From the NCBI GenBank assembly GCA_015233195.1, contig JADFYE010000003.1, forward strand, positions 74,489 to 138,488: a DNA stretch of 64,000 nt, read 5' to 3'. Of this stretch, positions 55,078-62,600 are shown piece after piece. The notes under the pieces were generated by a model. It saw only the letters and a program-made list of their open reading frames with translations, was not told where the DNA came from and ran no database searches. The translations under genes and the position numbers were made by a program. The DNA comes from Candidatus Omnitrophota bacterium. Its GTDB lineage: Bacteria > Omnitrophota > Gorgyraeia > Zapsychrales > Zapsychraceae. Each line of letters opens with the position of its first letter. Within the stretch, counting starts at the first letter, position 1.

Positions 55078-56541
55078 TTATTTTACTGCGATAGCTTTTG
55101 AAGAAACTTTTAGATCATTGACATTATCTTTAATCAGATTTTGGATATCAGTGATGCGGTTGTTAAGTGAAGTTAGCTGTTCGCGGTTTGCGATTTGCTC
55201 GGGGTTATTTGTAGTGGAGGAAATTTTAATTTGTTCAAGTTCACTTTTTACCACTTTTAATTGGTCGTTTATATTATCTAAATTTGCTTGGGCGCGTTTT
55301 ATAATTTTATCGCGTTCAAATAATATTTTTTGGCTAAGTTCTAATTGTTCGTTAAGTGTACTGACATCCGCGTCTTTTTTCTTTAAACGGATGTACGCGT
55401 CTTTAAATTTTTGTTGGTAAATAGCTAATACTTGTTGAGATTCTAAAAGATCCGAGTGTTCAGTTTCAAGTTTTTTTATAACTTCGCTATATTTTTGTAC
55501 TTTTAAATTAGTAAGACTTTCAACTTTTTGCACGTCGCGGTTTTTAGTTTTAATATTGTCTTGTGCTTCAAGGAATTTTTCTTTATATATATTTAAAATG
55601 CCATTTGCTTCAATAAGGTTTTCTTCTCTTTGTAATAATGCCGCACTTAATTCTTCAGTGCTAGATTTGAGTTGGGTTGTGATCTGCAGTAATTGTTGCT
55701 GTAATGTATCCATTGAAGATTGTTTTTGCTCGAGTAGTTGCTGACCTAGATCAAAGCGCGCTTGCAGTTCTTTTAATTCATTTTTTATTTGGGCGAAACG
55801 TTCTTCATTTTTATTTATTTGGAGGTCTTTTTCAGTTAAACGTAGGCTCATGTCAATAATTTTGCCGTTATCCGCAGAATTTATCTTTGGATTGGTTCTA
55901 GGAATATTTGACATGCGAGTTTCTGAAGTGTAAATATTTTGCGGCGTATAAAAATTTGATATAGCTAATTTATTTTGTTCTTTAAGCTGGTCATATTTTT
56001 CGATAGTTTGGTTTAATTTTAAGGTCAAATGATCTCGCTGTACGCGTAACATATCATTCAATATTTCAAGGAAATTACGATTATCGAGCGAAATATCGTT
56101 TGAATATTCAGGTTTAGCAAAGTTTCGATCTTGTTTGATAGCGTTATTTTCGGCAATTTGATTTTTGGATATTTGATTGATCTTTAATTCGAAATATTGG
56201 ATTTGTTTGACCACATTATTGATGCCGGTTATCAAATCACGAAAATATACTAATTGGATTTTATTGAAACTTGTAAGTTTAGTTTCATTACTTAGACGTA
56301 TAAGTTGTTCTTGGGTTAAAGCATTGGACGGATCAATGAGCAATACTCGACAAAAGTCATTTATTGCGCCTTCAATATTATTAGTTTTTAATTGCTGAAT
56401 ACCATGATTATAAAGCGAATTAGTTAGACGTGCTTCACTTTCATAGGGTGATTCATCCATAGAAAATGAAAGGTTAGGATTTTGAATTAAACAACATCCA
56501 ATGAGTAGAATAAATAACTGTTTTGAGAATAAATTTGACAT
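55078..56541 (-). CDS. TPR plus long coiled-coil protein, a probable lipoprotein
   Basis: The start was trimmed from TTG 56583 to ATG 56541. MSNLFSKQLFILLIGCCL carries a lipobox-like LIGC. A TPR-like segment (YNHGIQQLKTNNIEGAINDFCRVLLIDPSNA) is followed by about 350 aa of heptad-like sequence. Confidence 0.65.
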   Translation of the reverse strand: MSNLFSKQLFILLIGCCLIQNPNLSFSMDESPYESEARLTNSLYNHGIQQLKTNNIEGAINDFCRVLLIDPSNALTQEQLIRLSNETKLTSFNKIQLVYFRDLITGINNVVKQIQYFELKINQISKNQIAENNAIKQDRNFAKPEYSNDISLDNRNFLEILNDMLRVQRDHLTLKLNQTIEKYDQLKEQNKLAISNFYTPQNIYTSETRMSNIPRTNPKINSADNGKIIDMSLRLTEKDLQINKNEERFAQIKNELKELQARFDLGQQLLEQKQSSMDTLQQQLLQITTQLKSSTEELSAALLQREENLIEANGILNIYKEKFLEAQDNIKTKNRDVQKVESLTNLKVQKYSEVIKKLETEHSDLLESQQVLAIYQQKFKDAYIRLKKKDADVSTLNEQLELSQKILFERDKIIKRAQANLDNINDQLKVVKSELEQIKISSTTNNPEQIANREQLTSLNNRITDIQNLIKDNVNDLKVSSKAIAVK

Positions 56542-56554
56542 ATTATTAATTTTG

Positions 56555-56583
56555 GTTATAGCACAATATATAAGAATTGCCAA
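56555..56583 (-). promoter_or_regulatory. Possible sigma70-type promoter for the TPR/coiled-coil lipoprotein gene
   Basis: Minus strand: TTGGCA (56583-56578), a 17-nt spacer, then TATAAC (56560-56555). It leaves a very short leader without an SD, so confidence is low. The TGATGACGCATCA palindrome lies just upstream (56587-56599). Confidence 0.25.
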
Positions 56584-56626
56584 TAATGATGACGCATCAA
56601 CAAAGTGATAAAGTATGCCATATAAA

Positions 56627-59600
56627 TTATTGATTTGGCAAGGGGAACTGGAAAAACCTGGAAGGATCGTTTAAGATTTGAATGGAAACAATTATGGAAT
56701 CTAAACCAGTCATATTTTTTAGGGAAGCCAGAAGCGCTTGATCGAAATTTTTCTGATCTAGGCTTGATACTGCGCCTGTTTCCACTGCGATATCCATTTT
56801 ATCCGTATTCAAATCAATCCCGCCGTTGGCAAGCTGGGCCTGGTCCTGATCCGGATATAATTGCTTAAATGTTTCAAAACGTTTGAGCTCGTTAAAATCC
56901 GAACGCTCTTTTAATAGCTCAAGAAGATTTTCTTTTATTTCCCGCTCGTTCCGAGACCCTTTATATTCCTCCATTAACCAGCTGATATGCTTAAGATCCA
57001 ATGTTTGAATAAACGCTTTCCGCACCTTTGCTTTTCTATTCTGATTTCCCACTCCCCAGCCAGTTAAAAACATATGAAACGCCATCAATTCACTTTGAGG
57101 AAAATCATTATCCCGCGAATTTTTTACTTCTTCTGGCATGGAATACACAAAATGCGGCGCTAGAATTGCAAACAGATCAGGACGATGTTCCACAAGATAA
57201 TCCATCCACTGATACATATATTGATGACCATGACGGCAAAAACACGCAAGCAAAAACATCATGGGTTTTCGAATATCCTGAAATTCATTATTTTGCAAAG
57301 CCTCAAAAATATCCGTAGCAGTTTCATTAAAATGCTCCATTCCTCCGCAAAGAGCGACTAACAGAACTAAAAACATGTGGCCGTACATATCTTCCGCAAC
57401 AGGATCGCCTGAATGCCTAGCAACATCATAAAGCCCGCCAAGAATTTTCGAAATTTCATCGCTTAAAACATGTTCAGGAACAAAATCTATTCCCGAATAC
57501 TTTTCAAAAAACTCATTTAATTTTTTATTTTCCCGTAATTTAGCGATGGCTGTTCTGAGCCGTTGAACTTTCTCATCAACAGCAGGAGCCATAGATTCTT
57601 CTTCAGGGAATAATTTCCTGAAACTTTCCAACTGACGAATTTGCTCAAAATCCGAACGCTGCTGCAGCAAGGGCAAAACATCTTCAGCACCTGGTTTCTT
57701 TAATAACACATACGCGTGAAGCAGACGATCAATATCCTGAATATTTAACCGCTGAATAAAAGCCGCCCCAGCTGTACGATTTATTGGCATTGAATCCTCA
57801 TCCTCTTCACCAAAAAATCTAAAAACTAAGGCCCCATCCTCTTTAAATCCTAAAATGTATCTTGCTCCCAAAGAATAAACATTTTCGGATACCGCTAATA
57901 TTAAATACGGCGCAAAAATTTCGAATAAATCAGGCCGCGCATGCGATAAATATTCCAACCAATTCGCCATATATTGATGTGACCCGATACAATAATACGC
58001 TATCAAAAACATCAGAGATTTTTGAATCTCCTGAAATTCCTCTTGCTGGAGCGAATCCAGAATATCAGTCGCTGTTTCATTGAACGAATCCACTGATCCT
58101 CCTATGGCATAGACTAAAGACATTAAAAATGAGTAGTTCATACTGCTAAGAACTTCTTCACCTAAAGTCCTTGTAAAACGGCTTAACCGAACTGAAAATT
58201 CCATGTAATCTTGTTCGGAAATATTCTCAGGATCAAACCCGTCTCCTGCATATTTTGTCAGAAAATCATTTATCGCTGGCGTCTCCCGTAATTTGGCGAT
58301 GGCGGTTCTTAGACGTTGAACTTTCTCATCAACAGCAGGGGCTTCAGGACGCTGCTGAATCAGCTCTGTAACAATTCCTAAACACTCCACAGATCCTATC
58401 CTGATAAACACATCCCGCAAAAGATCAAGATTCTCAATACTGAGACTTGCAATAAATTTTTGTCTGAGTTTCTGCCTTTCAGGCTTTTTACGAAAATCGT
58501 CTTTAAATAAACGGATCAGCATAAGCTCTTGGGAAGAATACATCTCCATTTTATCGGATATTTCAATCGCAGTTTTTGTGACAGCTGAAATAAGATGCGG
58601 CGCAAAAATAGCAAACAAATCAGGCTTTTCTTCTGATAAATATTCCAGCCACTGATACATATATTCATGACCGCCGAAACAAAAATATGACATTAAAAAC
58701 ATCAAAGGTCCTGCAATATCTTTGAATTTTTCATTCTGCAATGCTTCTAAAATGCTAGTCGCTGTTCGATTAAAATCCTGCGCATGCCCGCCATTCATAT
58801 ATACCAATAAAAACAGGAAAGAATATCCTACCCCTTTAACAACCGGATCATTGAATTTTTCAATAACTTCTCTAAGCCCTTGCTGTAAATTTAAAAAATC
58901 TTGAGATGAAAAATTCTTTGGATCAAAGCGCTCTCCTGAATATCGCGTAAAAAAATCATTTAATTCTTTATTCTGTCTTAATTCCGCGATAGCCGCTTCC
59001 ATTCGACGCACACTTTTTCCTTCACCTGTTTCCTGACTCTCAAACGCGCCTGATACGCCTTTCATTCTCCGATTTTGATGCACAGAAAAATTCTCACCCA
59101 AAGTAGCTTCAATCTCCCTCGGAGATTTCCAATCCCCTTCTATGGCTGTACAACGACTGGCTGCATGTTCCAATGCTTCTCTAAGATTTCCAGTAAAAGA
59201 TTTAGTGTCAAAAATTTTCTGCAGCTGAGGATAATTTTTAATATTAAAACTCTGCGGTTCTTGTTCTGTGAATGACGCGTAATAGGCTTTCTGCGCCCGC
59301 ACAGGATGAAATTGTGTCCTAGGGTCATCCCAACCGATCAATTTTCCCTGCTTTTTATCATAATAAAAAATAAACGGCTCATTGCCGTATCGACGATCTT
59401 GGGATGAAATAGACCGCGCAGCACCTGGCATCAGCATGATTTTTAAAAGCTCTGGATGTCCTTCTACTTGCGTTTCAATATGCATGGAATATGTTGCGTC
59501 TAAACTATATTCCTGAATCTCAATCGCTCCTTTCACAGCATGCTCTGGAATGCCATGTTTCTGACGATGACGGTACGCTTCATACGAATACAAAGATGCA

Positions 59601-62600
59601 TATACTTTCTGTAAATACTGATTTAATTCTTTGACTGATCTCACACGCACATTTTCAATCGAAAGATATGTGCCTGCGCCGACACCTGGATATTGTTCAA
59701 GGTCTTGGTCATTGGTCACAAGCCGGATCACTAAAGGTGTCTCAAAAATCCATTTATTCATATGAGCCAGCTGTCGCATTTCTTTCCAACGATCAGGATC
59801 ATCGTCCATTTGTTTAGTCGATTTTTCAATTTCTTCCACAGAGGGAATAATCTCATCTAGCTCTCCCAGAGAACTGGAAAAAATATATTCCCGCATCTCA
59901 TTTAAAGCCGCTTCCACTTGTGCTTGCGGCGCGTCAGGGGGCAAATTTGATATTTTGTCGTTTATCTCGTAATATTCGTCGGATAACTTAAACAACCGAT
60001 TGGTTAAACGATACGTTAAAACTAAAAATTGCGGCACATTGGCTCTCAATTCTTGTCCAAGAATGTATTGATTCAACGCTTTCCTGCTCATCCAAGGCAG
60101 TAATTTTTCATAATCATCCGCATATCCATCCATTTCAGAACTGATTGTGTCTGGTCCGCCCACCTCATCCACAGGATCTACTTGTACTGGCTCAAGTTTT
60201 TCATCTGCCTGATGTTCAGCAGGAATTTCTACAGGACGATCAACAGATTCCAGGGATCCCCTGCCTTCTTCTCCTACGTCCATACGCATGAGAATATCCG
60301 CTGATTTTCCTTTTCTTTTAAATTCTTGAATGACCCGTCCTAAAAACACATCCACATTGGGTAAAAATAACAGCGGGATCTTAGACACACGGGCTTGCGT
60401 TACAATATGCTGTCCTCCTGATCGCGCGAAAATGATACCTGCAGCCTTGCTTTTCCCAACTGTAATCCACGAATAATCCTGGGGCACCACAACAAGATCC
60501 CCTTCTTTAACAGCCTTTCTAAAAATATCTTCCGCTTGATCATCATCCTGTAACACCACGATCCTGCCTTTGGCTGTTCCATGCAAATCACCTTTAAGAT
60601 TTCGTATTCCAAACGTCATCAAATACTGGCCGAAAAATAAATTTAAGCGATCAGCAAATGATTTTAAAAACGCGTTTTGAGATGAGCTTAATTGCTGCCC
60701 AAAGACTTCATTCATGCCTTCTTCAACAGCCTGATATTCCTTATACAAAATTCCCCATGCGATCAAAGCAGGTTCTAAATTCTGTCGTCTGAATTCATCT
60801 CCTGCTGTGTTTAAATGACCGAGCGCTTGGGCGATCCCCTCATCAGGGTCAAACTCAGAAGACTGCCTGCCTTCATAATCCCGCTGATACGCGACAACTG
60901 CTGAACGCAAAAGCGGATCCATAACCTCGATATGCTGTAAACGATCGCAATAGATCAACATCCGGTAAATCCAATCAATATACTCGAAATAGGAAATGAT
61001 CTTTTGATGAATGTGAGTTAAATTCTCTATTTTTTCAATTTTATGGCCTAATGCTGCAATAATATTTTTATGATCATGCAGGCTTTGACGGAACGCGTAA
61101 AAATCAATGGTGCCGTTATTAAATCCTCGTCTCACTTTGGAGAAAGAAATTTGATCCCTGATCTCTGCAGGCACATCCGCATGTTCAAGCTCTCGTCCCA
61201 AACTCGCTTCCATGTCATTAATGCGGCTTAAGAAAAATCCAAGATTGGAATTTTTGTCTACACGGACATCACCTTGAGTAGATTTTATTTCAGGCAAAGG
61301 TGTGAGATCAGCAGGTTTTTGATAGGAGACTCGCTCAGTCTGATCCAACTCATGCTTGATTGCTCCTAGCAATGCATCCCCAAATCCTGATGGCTGTTTC
61401 TTTACATATCCAAGACCGTATTGACTCTTAATCTCAGGTGATAGATCCTGACGAGCCTCGTCATAACCCGGAATATTCAATTCAGACACCATACTTCCCG
61501 AGACGACCATGATCGCGCCTGTAAATCCTTTTTCCAGACGCAGACGATTAATTAAAGCGAACGCATTCTCTCCATCCGCAAACTGAAAATCCGTGAGGAT
61601 CAATATCTCATCATCTTTTTTTCCTTTTTCTTTCAACTTCTCATACTGAGCCATTACTTCTTCCGGAGATGTTGCCGCATAAATATGATGAAAACATGGT
61701 CCTAAAATATCCTGCATGGTTGAACGAAAATCCGCGTTGTCATCTGCTACGATAATATGAGTGTACTGATGTTTTGCCAATCTGGAACGCCATGATGAAT
61801 CTGCCACAGTCTGCCATGCAGGAGTCCATACAGGATCGTCTGCTTCAACAGTTAGTGTCATATCTAAAGGCTCTGCGTCTGCTTTCACCATGACCGCACG
61901 CAATCCATTGGAGAACACTTTGACTTTTGGGCGGCTGACTAATAAAGAGGCTTTCTCCTTTTCCCAACCTTTGCTTTGATATTGCGTTTCACGTCTGTCC
62001 CATTCTAATTTGGGGAACCTGTTATATAGCCCAGGCATCCCTAACACCACTGTGCCGGTTTGAACAAAAAAATCATACCCATTATGATACATCCAGCGGG
62101 AAGTTGTTGAGTCTATGACGAACTGGCGGTTTCTTATGTCACGAGGGTCTTTAGCAGCGACCAGCATGTCATTATTTTCCAGCCCCAAAGCATTAAAAAA
62201 TTGCGGATAATCAGGCTTCATGCGTACATAGCCTGGCTGATCAGGAGCTGGCCCTGCTTCAACAAATTCCAACATTCTACTCTCTATATTACCAATGATA
62301 TTCCCTTCGAATCCTTCCTGCGGCGTTTCACCTATGACTATAGGGATTTCCGCAATAATATCTTCAGGTTTAAATTGCGGTAATGGCTTGATTGTTTTCC
62401 CTCGAGATCTGGTGGGCTGGACTTGCAAAAGCATTAGTTCATTTCCGGCAAACACCACATCCGCATCAATGTTTAATCCTAGAGCTTTTCGAATGTTCAA
62501 TACGATCTGCCTGATCTGACGCGTCTGATCTTCGCTTAAAGGCGACCGGAGGGATTCTCCATTAGCCGTTAAAATGTCGTGCGTCTGGCTTCGCCATAAT

